Source of the DNA: Verrucomicrobiaceae bacterium
Lineage (GTDB): Bacteria; Verrucomicrobiota; Verrucomicrobiia; Verrucomicrobiales; Verrucomicrobiaceae
Assembly: GCA_947440575.1 (NCBI GenBank)
Contig: CANETF010000001.1
Location: 10,400-74,399 of the forward strand
DNA: 64,000 bases
Direction of reading: 5' to 3'
Below are positions 13,328 through 23,323 of the stretch, piece by piece. Made by a program: the position numbers and the translations under genes. The notes under the pieces were generated by a model that searched no databases, was not told the origin of the DNA, and worked only from the letters and a program-made list of their open reading frames with translations. Each line of letters starts with the position of its first letter. Position 1 is the first letter of the stretch.

Positions 13328-13930
13328 ATGTCAGAGCAACCCATCATTGCCTTTGCGAGCGCTTCTGAGTTTCGCTCTTGGCTCGCCCAAAACCATGCCG
13401 ATCATCCCGGCATTTGGCTGAAGTTCGCCAAGAAAGCCAGTGGCATTCCTACGGTGACCTATGCGAAGGCGCTGGATGAAGCTCTCTGCCTGGGTTGGAT
13501 CGATGGCCAGGTCAAATCAATCGACGCCACCTACTACCTCCAAAAGTTCACCCGGCGCGGCAAACGCAGCATTTGGTCCAAGATCAATGTGGGTCATGTG
13601 GCAAGGCTCGAAGAAGAAGGCCGCATGCAGCCCTCCGGGATCGCTGCCGTGAATGCCGCCAAGGCGGACGGACGATGGGAAGCCGCCTATCACAGTCCCA
13701 GCAGCGCCGAGATGCCCGAGGATTTCCTTGCCGCTTTATCGAAAGAACCCAAAGCACACGCCTTCTTCGAGACCCTCAATAAATCGCAGCGCTACAGCTT
13801 CTTTTTTCGCATCACGACCGCCAAGAAACCGGAGACACGAAGCAAACGAATCGCTGACTTTGTCGCCATGCTACTTCGAGGTGAAAAAGGGTCGGGGCCA
13901 AAAGATCGTGCTACTTCGCTGCCGAAGTAA
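13328..13930 (+). CDS. YdeI/OmpD-associated family protein
   Basis: FRSWLAQNHADHPGIWLKFAKK...ALDEALCLGWIDGQ...YLQKFTRRGKRSIWSKIN and a C-terminal OmdA-like segment. ATG at 13328. Confidence 0.7.
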   Translation: MSEQPIIAFASASEFRSWLAQNHADHPGIWLKFAKKASGIPTVTYAKALDEALCLGWIDGQVKSIDATYYLQKFTRRGKRSIWSKINVGHVARLEEEGRMQPSGIAAVNAAKADGRWEAAYHSPSSAEMPEDFLAALSKEPKAHAFFETLNKSQRYSFFFRITTAKKPETRSKRIADFVAMLLRGEKGSGPKDRATSLPK

Positions 13931-14624
13931 CGAACGGTTTCAAGGCTGCGGCGAGGAGTTTGTACCCTGCTTCGTTGAAGTGCAGCATGTCTTCGACAAA
14001 CAAATCAGGGCGCACCTTGCCCTCTTGATCGAGCGTCATTGCGCGGGTGTCGATGTAGGTGATGCCAGTCTGTTCCTTCGCCCAAGCGGCGATCAGGTCG
14101 TTGAGTTTGTTGCCTTCATCGACTTGTTTGAGGCGTTTAACGGTCGGACTCAGACCGATGTAGTAGATCGGGACGTTTGGAAGGCGCTCGCGCATCTTGG
14201 CGACGAAGGTCTTGAAATCGTTGAACACATCTTCGGCAGGCCAGCCCGCATTGATGTCATTGCCGCCGGCACGCAGGAAGATGGCCTTCGGAGCATACGG
14301 GAAGATCATGCGCTCGGCGTAAAAGGTGGAATCCTTGATTTGATTGCCTCCGAAACCACGGTTCAGCACGGGCACCCCTGCAAAATCTTCCGCAAGGGTC
14401 TTCCAGCGAACGATGGTCGACGAACCCACAAACAGCAGACTTCCTTTTGCTGGAGGTAACTCCTTATCGGCCGTCTCAAAGGCCGCGATGTTCTTTTCCC
14501 ACTTCTTGTAGTCGTGCGTCGTGGGCTTCGGTTTTGGCCAAACCTCTTTGGCCTCCGCATGAAGAGCCAAGGGCGACGAAAGAACGAGGGCGGCGAGGAG
14601 ACGAAGGACGATGCGACGATTCAT
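13911..14624 (-). CDS. SGNH/GDSL hydrolase family esterase, secreted
   Basis: Signal peptide, then the four SGNH blocks: FVGSSTI, GFGGNQ, AGGNDI and DMLHFN. The 3' end overlaps the convergent gene by 20 nt. Confidence 0.8.
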   Translation of the reverse strand: MNRRIVLRLLAALVLSSPLALHAEAKEVWPKPKPTTHDYKKWEKNIAAFETADKELPPAKGSLLFVGSSTIVRWKTLAEDFAGVPVLNRGFGGNQIKDSTFYAERMIFPYAPKAIFLRAGGNDINAGWPAEDVFNDFKTFVAKMRERLPNVPIYYIGLSPTVKRLKQVDEGNKLNDLIAAWAKEQTGITYIDTRAMTLDQEGKVRPDLFVEDMLHFNEAGYKLLAAALKPFVTSAAK

Positions 14625-14632
14625 GGTGAGGG

Positions 14633-14658
14633 CGAAGAAAACGATCCGGCTTGGATCG
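14633..14658 (-). terminator. intrinsic terminator candidate after the DEAD-box gene
   Basis: On the minus strand: CGATCC-aagcc-GGATCG followed by TTTTCTTC, starting about 20 nt after the stop at 14679. Confidence 0.5.
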
Positions 14659-14678
14659 TGTTGCAGGAAAGTTGCGGG

Positions 14679-15797
14679 CTAGCGGCGATACTCGCTGAAG
14701 GAAACCCGCAGCTTGTTTTCAAGTTCGGTGATTTGCGCCTTTTCCCGCGGATCGATAAGGGCGAGGGACATGCCCTTTTTGCCGGCTCGGGCGGTGCGGC
14801 CGCTGCGGTGGGTGTAGTATTCGATCTGTTCAGGTAGCTGATGGTGAATGACAAAATTGAGGTCCGCGACGTCAATACCGCGCGCGGCGACGTCGGTGGC
14901 GACAAGAAACTGGACGCGCTGTTTTTTGAAGGCGCGCATGATTTTGTCACGCTCTTTTTGCATGAGGTCCCCCTGGATTGCCTCCACCAGGAATCCTGCC
15001 TCAGCAAGTTCAGCGCACAGGGCATTCGTTCCGGCTTTGGTGCGGCAAAAGATGAGACCACGACCGTCCTTTTGACGTTTGAGGAAATCGATCAGGAATC
15101 GGGTTTTGTCTTCGCGAGAGCAGTAGGCGTAGCGGTGGTCGATGTCGCGATTCACGACATGGGTTTGATCGATCTGAACGGCATGCGCATTGGCAGACAT
15201 GCTGTTTTTGATCAAGAGCTGGATGGCGTGAGGAAAAGTGGCGGAAAACAGCCAGGTGCCCTGGCGTTGCGTGGTGAGGTTGAGGATTTCCAGCAGCTCC
15301 TTTTTGAAACCCATGCTGAGCATTTCATCGGCTTCATCCAAAACCAGGTAACGGATGGAGTCGAGATTGAGCGCACTGCGTTTCAACATGTCAATGAGCC
15401 GTCCGGGAGTGGCGACAACGATGTGCGTGGGTCGGCGAAGCGCTTCCGCCTGGCGATCGATGTTGTCGCCACCACAGACGACTTCGACGAAAACTTTCGC
15501 GGTGTATTTGGTGTAGCGGAACAACTGTTTGCCGATTTGCTTGGCCAACTCGCGGGTCGGGGCGATAACGAGTCCCTGAATGACCTTGGCTTGAGGGTCG
15601 ATTTTCGTGAGCAACGGCAGGCCAAAGGCGGCGGTCTTGCCGGTGCCGGTTTGAGCCTGGGCGACGAGATCACCGCCATCCTGGAGCAAAAAGGGAATGA
15701 CCTGTTTTTGGATGGGTGTGGGCTTGACGATGCCCAGTTCGTCCAGGGCGGGAATCATCGCGGCCGGGACTCCAAGGTCAATGAATGCGTTCGACAT
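14679..15797 (-). CDS. DEAD-box ATP-dependent RNA helicase
   Basis: Q-motif (TPIQ), AQTGTGKT, PTRELA, VLDEADEML, SAT and HRSGRTARAG. Confidence 0.9.
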   Translation of the reverse strand: MSNAFIDLGVPAAMIPALDELGIVKPTPIQKQVIPFLLQDGGDLVAQAQTGTGKTAAFGLPLLTKIDPQAKVIQGLVIAPTRELAKQIGKQLFRYTKYTAKVFVEVVCGGDNIDRQAEALRRPTHIVVATPGRLIDMLKRSALNLDSIRYLVLDEADEMLSMGFKKELLEILNLTTQRQGTWLFSATFPHAIQLLIKNSMSANAHAVQIDQTHVVNRDIDHRYAYCSREDKTRFLIDFLKRQKDGRGLIFCRTKAGTNALCAELAEAGFLVEAIQGDLMQKERDKIMRAFKKQRVQFLVATDVAARGIDVADLNFVIHHQLPEQIEYYTHRSGRTARAGKKGMSLALIDPREKAQITELENKLRVSFSEYRR

Positions 15798-15898
15798 GGG
15801 GTCTTGTGCGTCAGGTTCGGCCGAAATGCCAGCGGATTACTGCAATCCGGTGCTACAACCGCGCTTTGACGACGTTTCCCAAGGCCCACTTCCGCCTC

Positions 15899-17386
15899 AT
15901 GAAGACTTCCCTACTTTTTACCGGCTTGATGCTGCTTTCCCTGCAGCCTGCGCCCGGCGCCCAGCCACCAAACATCCTGTTTCTTTTGGCCGACGACCAA
16001 AGGCAGGACACGCTAGGGTGTTATGGTCATGCGATCGTGCAGACGCCGAACATTGATCGCTTGGCGGCGGATGGGGTGAGGTTTCAGAATGCCTTCGTGA
16101 CGACGTCCATCTGCTGGGTCAGTCGGGCCATCAATCTGACGGGCCAATGGGCTCGCACCCATGCGACTCCGGATTCAATGCCCACAGTGAAAGCCGAATC
16201 GCTGAAGACCATGTTCCCTGTCGTTCTCAGGCAGGCGGGCTATCGCACCGGGCATTTCGGCAAGTGGCATTTGATGGAGCCTAAGGGATTTGTGAAGGAG
16301 GACCAGTATGATGAGTTTGAGGCCATCGGTCGAAACCCTTACTTCAAGACGATGCCGGACGGCAGCAAACGCCACGAGACCGATCTGGTCTGTGACAAGG
16401 GAATTGAATTCATCAAGTCGCAACCGAAGGACAAGCCGTTTTGCCTGAACCTGTGGTTCAATGCGGCTCATGCCGAAGACAATGATCATCGGCCGGGGAT
16501 CGGGCTTTATCCCTGGCCTCCTTCAGTCGATGGGATGTATGAAGACCGCAGCATTCCACCTCCACGGTTGGGGGATCCGGCGATCTTCGAGGCGATGCCT
16601 GAGTTTTTGAAGCAGTCGATCAATCGGGAACGCTGGTATTGGGGGTATGACACGCCTGAAAAGTTCGAAACCAATGCGCGGGCCTACTACCGGATGATCA
16701 GCGGGATCGACCATGCCGTGGGACGGGTATTGAAGGCGTTGGAGGAAGCCGGGCTGGCGGAAAACACGATCATTGTTTATACGGCGGACAATGGCTACTA
16801 CCTGGGAGATCGAGGCTTCCAAGGCAAGTGGTCGCATTTTGAGGAGAGTCTGAGAGTGCCTCTGGTGGTCTATGACCCACGACTGCCGAAGGACAAACGC
16901 GGGCGTGTGGTGCCGCAGATGGCGTTGAATGTGGATCTCCCGGCGACCTTCGTGGATTGGGCGGAGGCGGCGAAACCAGCGGTCTACGAGGGAAGCAGCT
17001 TGGCTCCGCTGGTCCGTGGAGAGGCACCTGATGGCTGGCGGAAATCCTTTTTCTGTGAGCACGTGGACCTGGCACCCTCGATCACCTGGGAGGGAATTCG
17101 GGGGCAGCGCTATGTCTATGCGCGGTACTTTGATCAGAAGCCACCCTTCGAATTCTTGCATGATCTGGATTCGGATCCGGACGAACTCGAAAACTTAGCA
17201 CTCGACCCGGCGCACGCGGCGACGCTGAAGGAGATGCGGGAGCTCTGCGATAAGGAAATGAACGCACGCGGAGGTCCGCTGTTGCCGCTGGAGCAACGCA
17301 AGTCCCTGAAGGCTGAAAAAGGCAAAGGCAAGGCCAAAACCCCTAATCAGAAGGGCAAAGGCAAAGCAAAGTCAGCTGTTAAGTAA
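15899..17386 (+). CDS. sulfatase family protein (S1 type) with non-canonical active-site motif
   Basis: Signal peptide; NILFLLADDQRQD, TPNIDRLAADGVRF, GHFGKWH and YTADNGY. The catalytic pentapeptide reads CWVSR (16112-16126). Lys-rich C-terminal tail. Start set to the ATG at 15899. Confidence 0.85.
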   Translation: MKTSLLFTGLMLLSLQPAPGAQPPNILFLLADDQRQDTLGCYGHAIVQTPNIDRLAADGVRFQNAFVTTSICWVSRAINLTGQWARTHATPDSMPTVKAESLKTMFPVVLRQAGYRTGHFGKWHLMEPKGFVKEDQYDEFEAIGRNPYFKTMPDGSKRHETDLVCDKGIEFIKSQPKDKPFCLNLWFNAAHAEDNDHRPGIGLYPWPPSVDGMYEDRSIPPPRLGDPAIFEAMPEFLKQSINRERWYWGYDTPEKFETNARAYYRMISGIDHAVGRVLKALEEAGLAENTIIVYTADNGYYLGDRGFQGKWSHFEESLRVPLVVYDPRLPKDKRGRVVPQMALNVDLPATFVDWAEAAKPAVYEGSSLAPLVRGEAPDGWRKSFFCEHVDLAPSITWEGIRGQRYVYARYFDQKPPFEFLHDLDSDPDELENLALDPAHAATLKEMRELCDKEMNARGGPLLPLEQRKSLKAEKGKGKAKTPNQKGKGKAKSAVK

Positions 17387-17407
17387 CGACGGTTAGCTCG
17401 TTGCCGG

Positions 17408-18877
17408 TTACGCAAAGAGCTCAGTAACTGGCTTGGCTTTGACCAGCTCGCGCGGTTGGTTGAGGTGATTGTAAACAATCGTCTCGGGGTCGATGCCGAC
17501 GGCGTGGTAGATCGTTGCGAGGAGTTCCGTGGGGTGAACGGGACTTTCTGCGGGAGCCGAGCCGGTGGCGTCGGATTTGCCATGCACATAGCCGCGCTTG
17601 ATGCCTGCGCCGCCAATGACAGCGGTGTAACAATAAGGCCAGTGATCGCGACCATCGGCGCTATTATTGTTGCCGGAAGTTGAGACACCTTTTTCAGGAC
17701 TGCGTCCGAACTCGCCGAGGGCGACGACGAGCGTCTCTTCCAAAAGACCGCTGGCATCGAGGTCGTCGAACAAGGCGGAAAGGCCCTGATCCAGCATGGG
17801 ACCGGACTGGTCTTTCATGCGTTTACTGAGGCCAACGTGATGATCCCAGGAATGATTGTCCGAGTTGGCCACCTTGGGCCAAATGACTTCGACGACACGC
17901 GTGCCGGCTTCGAGGAGACGGCGCGCCAGAAGGCAGCTCTGGCCGAAGGTGTTGCGACCGTAGCGGTCACGCAGTTGGTCGGGCTCGCGTTCGAGGGCAA
18001 AGGCGTCGCGAGCACGGCCGCTGGCGATCAGGCTAAGAGCTTGATCGTAGTAGCTGTCGAGACTGAGATCTTTGACAGCGGCCTCAATGGTCGGCATTTG
18101 CGCGCTGATGGCGTCACGCAGTTTGGCACGGCGTTGCAGACGTACTGAAAAAAGGTCGGGCCGCAGTTGGAGGTCATCGATTTTGATACGATCCATCTTG
18201 CTCAGGTCGAGGTCGTCGCCCTCGGGATAGAGCGTGTAAGGATCAAAAGACTTGCCGAGGAAACCGGCCGTGCCGCCTTTGCCAACGACGTTGGACTCCT
18301 GAAGGGGGCGCGGCAGCATGACAAAGGGCAGCATCGGCTCATCCAAGGGCTTGAGGCGGATGATGTTGGAGCCAAAATTCGGATAGTCTTTGGCGTTCGG
18401 CGGCTCAAGCTGGCCGGACGGACTGACTTTGTCCGTGGTGTACCCGGTCATGATTTGGTAGATGGCGGCGGTGTGATTGAAAAGGCCCGCCGGGGTGTAA
18501 CTCATGGAATTGATGAGGGTGAACTTGTCGTTCACCTTGGCCAGCTTCGGCAGGATCTCGGTGAAGTGGGTGCCTGGGATCTTCGTGGGGATGCTTTTGA
18601 AGTCGGAGCGGACTTTGTCGGGCACGTTTTCTTTCGGGTCCCAGAGGTCAATGTGGCTCGGACCTCCTTGAAGGTAGATCATGAGAACATGCTTGGCCTT
18701 TCCCCAACCGGCTCGGCCGGCCTGGGCACTGGCAGCGCTGGCGGACTGCGCGCGCAAGATGTTGTTCAGGGTGAGCCCCATCATCGAAGCGCCGCCGACA
18801 CGCAGGATGTCACGCCGTGAGAAACCGAGATGCTTGTCGCATAAATCTTTGCCAGGAACACCAGGGACGCGGAACAT
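17408..18877 (-). CDS. DUF1501 domain protein (Tat signal), with no adjacent giant partner
   Basis: [16 protein letters not shown] leader; GEFGRSP, GRDHWPY and [16 protein letters not shown]. Start set to the ATG at 18877. Confidence 0.85.
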   Translation of the reverse strand: MFRVPGVPGKDLCDKHLGFSRRDILRVGGASMMGLTLNNILRAQSASAASAQAGRAGWGKAKHVLMIYLQGGPSHIDLWDPKENVPDKVRSDFKSIPTKIPGTHFTEILPKLAKVNDKFTLINSMSYTPAGLFNHTAAIYQIMTGYTTDKVSPSGQLEPPNAKDYPNFGSNIIRLKPLDEPMLPFVMLPRPLQESNVVGKGGTAGFLGKSFDPYTLYPEGDDLDLSKMDRIKIDDLQLRPDLFSVRLQRRAKLRDAISAQMPTIEAAVKDLSLDSYYDQALSLIASGRARDAFALEREPDQLRDRYGRNTFGQSCLLARRLLEAGTRVVEVIWPKVANSDNHSWDHHVGLSKRMKDQSGPMLDQGLSALFDDLDASGLLEETLVVALGEFGRSPEKGVSTSGNNNSADGRDHWPYCYTAVIGGAGIKRGYVHGKSDATGSAPAESPVHPTELLATIYHAVGIDPETIVYNHLNQPRELVKAKPVTELFA

Positions 18878-18972
18878 AGGATTAAAGAGGATGGAGGTTC
18901 GAGGGGGAGTACGACCGCGCCAAAGCCAATCTTGCACTGCGGCTGGTGTCATCGTAGGGAATCGTCACGTTT

Positions 18973-19992
18973 ATGACAAGCCCGTATTCACAACTCCAGG
19001 ATCGCTTGAAACTTCAGCCCTGCCAGTGGCTGGTGACCGGAGGGGCGGGATTCATCGGATCCCACGTGGTGGAAAAGCTGTTGGGCTTGGGTCAGCGGGT
19101 GCGGGTTTTGGACAGTCATTTTAGCAGCACCCCCCAGAATCTGGAGGCCGTCAGGGGACTGGTCGGGCCGGAGAGCGCGGCGCGGTTGGAGGTGATGATC
19201 GGGGATATTCGGCAACCCGAGACCTGTGCCTCGGCCATGGTTGGCGTCGATCAAGTGATTCACTTGGCGGCTCTGGGGTCGGTGCCGCTTTCGCTGGATG
19301 AGCCGATGCTTTGCCATGACATCAATGCGACCGGCACGCTGAATTTGATGCTGGCGGCGCGGGCGGCGGGCTTGAAGCGATTTGTGTATGCCTCAAGCAG
19401 TGCAGTCTATGGCGATGATCCGCTTCCGACCAAACGTGAGGACTCGTTGGGGCGGACGCTGTCGCCTTACGCCGCGAGCAAATCCGTCAACGAGGTGTAT
19501 GCGGCGACCCTGCATGCGGCCTATGGGTTTGAACCGGTGGGACTGCGCTTCTTCAATGTGTTTGGTCCTCGGCAAGATCCCAAGGGAGCCTATGCGGCGG
19601 TGATTCCCTGTTGGATTGCGGCGATGAAGCGGGGTGAGTCGGTTTACATCAATGGTGATGGTGGCAACACGCGCGATTTTTGTTTTGTGAAGGATGTCGT
19701 GCAGGCGCTGTTGTTGGCGTCCCGAACCGAAAACGCTGAGTCCTTTGGTAAGGCTTTCAACGTGGGGCTGGGTCGGGCGACGAATCTGAAGGAATTGTTT
19801 GAGACGCTGCGAGCTCTCGTTCAAGAACAGGCCGGACGACAGGTGGCAGATGTGATTCACCGGGATTTCAGGGCCGGAGACATTCGGCATTCCTGCGCGG
19901 ATACCTCCCGGGTGGAAGCGGTGCTGGGCTTCAAACCCGAGCACACGGTGGCCTCTGGGTTGAAGGAGACCGTGTCGGCGATGCTGGGTTAG
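18973..19992 (+). CDS. SDR-family NAD-dependent epimerase/dehydratase (WbpP/TviC-like UDP-sugar 4-epimerase)
   Basis: TGGAGFIGSH Rossmann motif, catalytic SPYAASK (YxxxK), RFFNVFGPRQDP and GDGGNTRDFCFV. Confidence 0.85.
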   Translation: MTSPYSQLQDRLKLQPCQWLVTGGAGFIGSHVVEKLLGLGQRVRVLDSHFSSTPQNLEAVRGLVGPESAARLEVMIGDIRQPETCASAMVGVDQVIHLAALGSVPLSLDEPMLCHDINATGTLNLMLAARAAGLKRFVYASSSAVYGDDPLPTKREDSLGRTLSPYAASKSVNEVYAATLHAAYGFEPVGLRFFNVFGPRQDPKGAYAAVIPCWIAAMKRGESVYINGDGGNTRDFCFVKDVVQALLLASRTENAESFGKAFNVGLGRATNLKELFETLRALVQEQAGRQVADVIHRDFRAGDIRHSCADTSRVEAVLGFKPEHTVASGLKETVSAMLG

Positions 19993-20909
19993 GGCCTTGC
20001 CTCGAGAGAGAGGTCGATGATCCGGTGACAAAGCTGAGGGAAATCGATGCCGACAGCAGCGGCGGCTTTTGGCAGCAGGCTGCTGGAGGTCATGCCGGGG
20101 ATGGTGTTGATCTCGAGGATGTAAGGGCTGCCGTCGGCTCGGAGGAGACAATCGACTCGGCCATAGACTTCGGTGCCAGCGGCCTTGAATGCAGCGAGCG
20201 AAGCGGCCTGGACCTTTGCGGTCGCCTCTTCACCCAGATCTGCAGGGCAATGATAAAGCGTTTTGCCGGTGCCGGACATCCAGGGGTACTTGTTGTTGAT
20301 GTCGTAAAAGCCTTCGACGGGTTCGATGTGAATGACGGGAAGAACCCGGTCACCGAGGATGCCGATGGTGAGTTCCTTGCCTTCGATAAACTCTTCCACC
20401 AGCGTGTCGTCGCCGAATCGGCGGGCGTCAGTGAGTGCAGCTTCGAGTTCTTCGGGGGTGCGCACGATGTGGACACCAACACTTGAGCCTTCGCGTGGGG
20501 GTTTGATGACGAGAGGCAGATCGATCGTGAGCGTGTCTGAGCCGTCCAATTTGAAAATCTGGGATCGTGGAGTGGGCACACCAGCGGCGATGAATTTTTC
20601 TTTGGTCAACGCCTTGTCGAAGGCAATGCGTGAGGTTTCGACGCCGGCACCGGTGTAGCGGAGACCGCGCGCTTCACAGAGGGCTTGCAATTGACCGTCC
20701 TCGCCAAAGGTGCCGTGGATGGTGTTGAAAGCGATCAGGGTATCGTCGGGGACGACAAACTCGGGGCCTGTGACGTCGACTTCGACGACATTCGCGCCCA
20801 AAGATTTGAGTGCGTCGACGACGCTTTCCGCCGTTTTGAGAGAGACTGCGCGTTCAGAACCGGGCCCGCCTTTGAGCACCGCGATGGTTTTGCCAGAGAT
20901 GTCCGTCAT
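19989..20909 (-). CDS. ddl: D-alanine--D-alanine ligase
   Basis: IAVLKGGPGSERAVSLKTA, HGTFGEDGQLQALCE, ATP-grasp segment VIKPPREGSSVGV and LEINTIPGMT. Start at the ATG at 20909. The 3' ends of ddl and the epimerase gene overlap by 4 nt. Confidence 0.9.
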   Translation of the reverse strand: MTDISGKTIAVLKGGPGSERAVSLKTAESVVDALKSLGANVVEVDVTGPEFVVPDDTLIAFNTIHGTFGEDGQLQALCEARGLRYTGAGVETSRIAFDKALTKEKFIAAGVPTPRSQIFKLDGSDTLTIDLPLVIKPPREGSSVGVHIVRTPEELEAALTDARRFGDDTLVEEFIEGKELTIGILGDRVLPVIHIEPVEGFYDINNKYPWMSGTGKTLYHCPADLGEEATAKVQAASLAAFKAAGTEVYGRVDCLLRADGSPYILEINTIPGMTSSSLLPKAAAAVGIDFPQLCHRIIDLSLEARP

Positions 20910-20976
20910 GAGAATCCGGGACGATGCGCGAAATCGCCGCGGTTGCAAAGGAAGCTGTGGAAAAGTTGCGGGTGCG

Positions 20977-22107
20977 CTATTGAATGGACCACTCCGGCAG
21001 GCGAATCAATTCGCCACCTCGCATCGCAGACTCATGAGAAAGGATGCCGCAGAGGGTGATGTTGGCAGATTGGACTTCATTTGGGTAGCCTTCGCCATGG
21101 CCACGCAGCAGTTCCACAAACTGATGCACAAGATGAGGATGAGAGCCGCCATGTCCGGCGCCTTGAGTGAAACTGAGATGCTCCTCGCCACCTTCACCAC
21201 CATAAACGCCACCCTGGGTGAACGGCGCGATTTCGGGTGGCAACAGGTGACCGAAGTCAGGACAGGTCACCTCTTCGGGGATTTCAGGCTCCGGTTTTTT
21301 GGCGGTGTGGATCACCAGGGGTCGATGTTCAACGAGAGGCCATTCGACGGATTTTTTCGACCCATAAACTTCGATGCTTTCCCGATACTGGCGGGCAACG
21401 TCGAAGAGCGAGCGATAAACTTGAGCACTGAGGTCGCTGTTTTTGAACCGGATGTGCGTGGTTTCGACAGCGAAAGGCGAACCATAGCAGCCATGCATTT
21501 CCTCACGAATGGTTCCAGAGGGAAAACAACTGACGTATTCGGCCTGGCTTCGGGCTAAACCCAGCACAGGGCCAACGCAGTGCGTGGCGTAGTGCATGGG
21601 AGGGAGACCTGGCCAATAACCCGGCCATCCGTCCATGTCCTGTTGGTGGCTCGCCTTGAGGAACTGCAGTTTGCCAAGCTCGCCTTTGTCATAGAGCTCC
21701 TTCATGAACAGAAACTCGCGAGCATAGACCACGGTTTCCATCATCATGTATTTGAGACCGGTTTCGCGACAGGTATCAACAATGGCCTTGCAGTCCTCGA
21801 CGCTGGTGGCCATCGGAACGGTGCAAGCCACATGCTTGCCAGCGCGGAGAGCCTTGAGGGTGTGTTCAGCGTGATTGGGAATGGGGGTGTTGATGTGGAC
21901 AGCATCGATCTCGGGATCAGCCAAGAGCGCGTCGTAATCCGTGTAGCGCTTGGCAATGCCAAACTTGTCCCCAATCTCATTCAGCGAATCCGTATTGCGC
22001 TGACAGAGCGCCACAATGTCCGCATTCGGGTGACGCTGATAAATGGGAATAAACTCGGCACCAAAGCCGAGACCGATGATGGCGACGCGGGGATGTTGGA
22101 CTGACAT
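20977..22107 (-). CDS. Gfo/Idh/MocA family oxidoreductase
   Basis: N-terminal Rossmann RVAIIGLGFGAEFIPIY..HPNADIVALC and a family-typical EH..ALRAGKHV.C. Start set to the ATG at 22107. Confidence 0.8.
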   Translation of the reverse strand: MSVQHPRVAIIGLGFGAEFIPIYQRHPNADIVALCQRNTDSLNEIGDKFGIAKRYTDYDALLADPEIDAVHINTPIPNHAEHTLKALRAGKHVACTVPMATSVEDCKAIVDTCRETGLKYMMMETVVYAREFLFMKELYDKGELGKLQFLKASHQQDMDGWPGYWPGLPPMHYATHCVGPVLGLARSQAEYVSCFPSGTIREEMHGCYGSPFAVETTHIRFKNSDLSAQVYRSLFDVARQYRESIEVYGSKKSVEWPLVEHRPLVIHTAKKPEPEIPEEVTCPDFGHLLPPEIAPFTQGGVYGGEGGEEHLSFTQGAGHGGSHPHLVHQFVELLRGHGEGYPNEVQSANITLCGILSHESAMRGGELIRLPEWSIQ

Positions 22108-22268
22108 TGGGATGAACTGTTGAGGCCGTTTGGCGGCTATGTCCATGCTAAGAACACCCGCGTCGAGATGCACGGCCAATTTTTGTGATTTATCGGACAG
22201 ATCCGCAGTCAGCCGGTCAGCTGGTTCTATCGAGACGTTCGGCCCTGCATTGCATTACCATCGTCAAA

Positions 22269-23186
22269 TCACCACATGACCGACAAGCCCACACTGATGG
22301 TGTCGGAATTAAAACCGTTGTTGGCATAGGTGTGAGTGCCGATGTAGTTGAATTTCAGTCCTAGCGCTCGACTGAGAGGAACGCCGACGGCAAGACCGTA
22401 GCCCAGATTACTTGTCACGTTGTCACTCGGGATTCCATTGATGTCGGTCTCTCCGCCGTAACCGTAACCTGCACTTGCGCTGATCCATAGCCCGGGCCGA
22501 AAAGTGTAAATCAGACTCGCATCGGCAGCATAAATCGGGTCTTGCTCCAGATGCTTACCGTTGAAGAACTCGTTGTTGTCAGTGAACAGATACACGGCTG
22601 TCGTCAGCTCGGTTGACCACTTCCCGCGCCCATGCACAATGCCGAGTTGCGGACGGAAATTGAAGCGATTGTTGCCGAGATTGATCAACTTCTCTTCAAA
22701 ATACTCGCCCGTCGGCAATTGAATTCCAAGGCCTGCGCCAATGACGGTTTCACTTTTGGCTTGAGCACGATACTCTTGGAACTCCTTCCCCCTGAGAGGG
22801 GGCGCCCCAAAAAGGTTCACGGCGAAGCGCAAGTTGGTGTCATTCCATCCATCGCGTGAGATTCCTGCTGGCGCTCCGTTGAGTAATCCCGACCACTCCC
22901 CGCTCTGGTAGGACTGCCAAAGGTCGATCCGCGCCGATTTGCCAAACAACTCGAAACTTTGGATGTACTTGAGAGCCGACGTATGAACCTCAAACTCTGC
23001 ATTCTCAATCCTGAGCACGGGATCCAGAAAGATCTCTCCCGTCGTGTAAGCGTAGGCACCGCCCAAAAAATGACTTCCAATGGGCAAATGACTCCAGCGT
23101 CGGGGTTCTATTTCCTGGCCCTGGATCGAGGCCTGGAGAAAGCCGAACAGGAGAACGCATGCAATACCGAGTGCTGTGGATTTCAT
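22269..23186 (-). CDS. outer-membrane beta-barrel transporter (MetA-pathway/phenol-degradation-like porin family)
   Basis: Signal peptide, alternating hydrophobic beta-strand pattern, and an aromatic C-terminus (VGLSVMW). Looks lower in GC than its neighbours by eye. Confidence 0.6.
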   Translation of the reverse strand: MKSTALGIACVLLFGFLQASIQGQEIEPRRWSHLPIGSHFLGGAYAYTTGEIFLDPVLRIENAEFEVHTSALKYIQSFELFGKSARIDLWQSYQSGEWSGLLNGAPAGISRDGWNDTNLRFAVNLFGAPPLRGKEFQEYRAQAKSETVIGAGLGIQLPTGEYFEEKLINLGNNRFNFRPQLGIVHGRGKWSTELTTAVYLFTDNNEFFNGKHLEQDPIYAADASLIYTFRPGLWISASAGYGYGGETDINGIPSDNVTSNLGYGLAVGVPLSRALGLKFNYIGTHTYANNGFNSDTISVGLSVMW

Positions 23187-23323
23187 GAGGAATCAAAAAG
23201 CGGAACACCGACTGGCGCCAACCCTTCGGGAGTTGACACCAGCAATCCATATTCGCTACTCAAAATTTAACAGAACGTGCGGCCATTTGACCCTGCGCTA
23301 GGACTGCGTCAGAGTATTCGCTC

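Noticed and set aside
13653-15869. Plus-strand ORFs of 268 and 342 codons
   Set aside because: They are antisense to the SGNH esterase and DEAD-box helicase genes, both of which carry complete motif sets.
22180-22268. GTCAGC-CG-GTCAGC near the porin 3' end, first taken for a terminator hairpin
   Set aside because: On checking, it is a short direct repeat, not an inverted one, so no stem can form.
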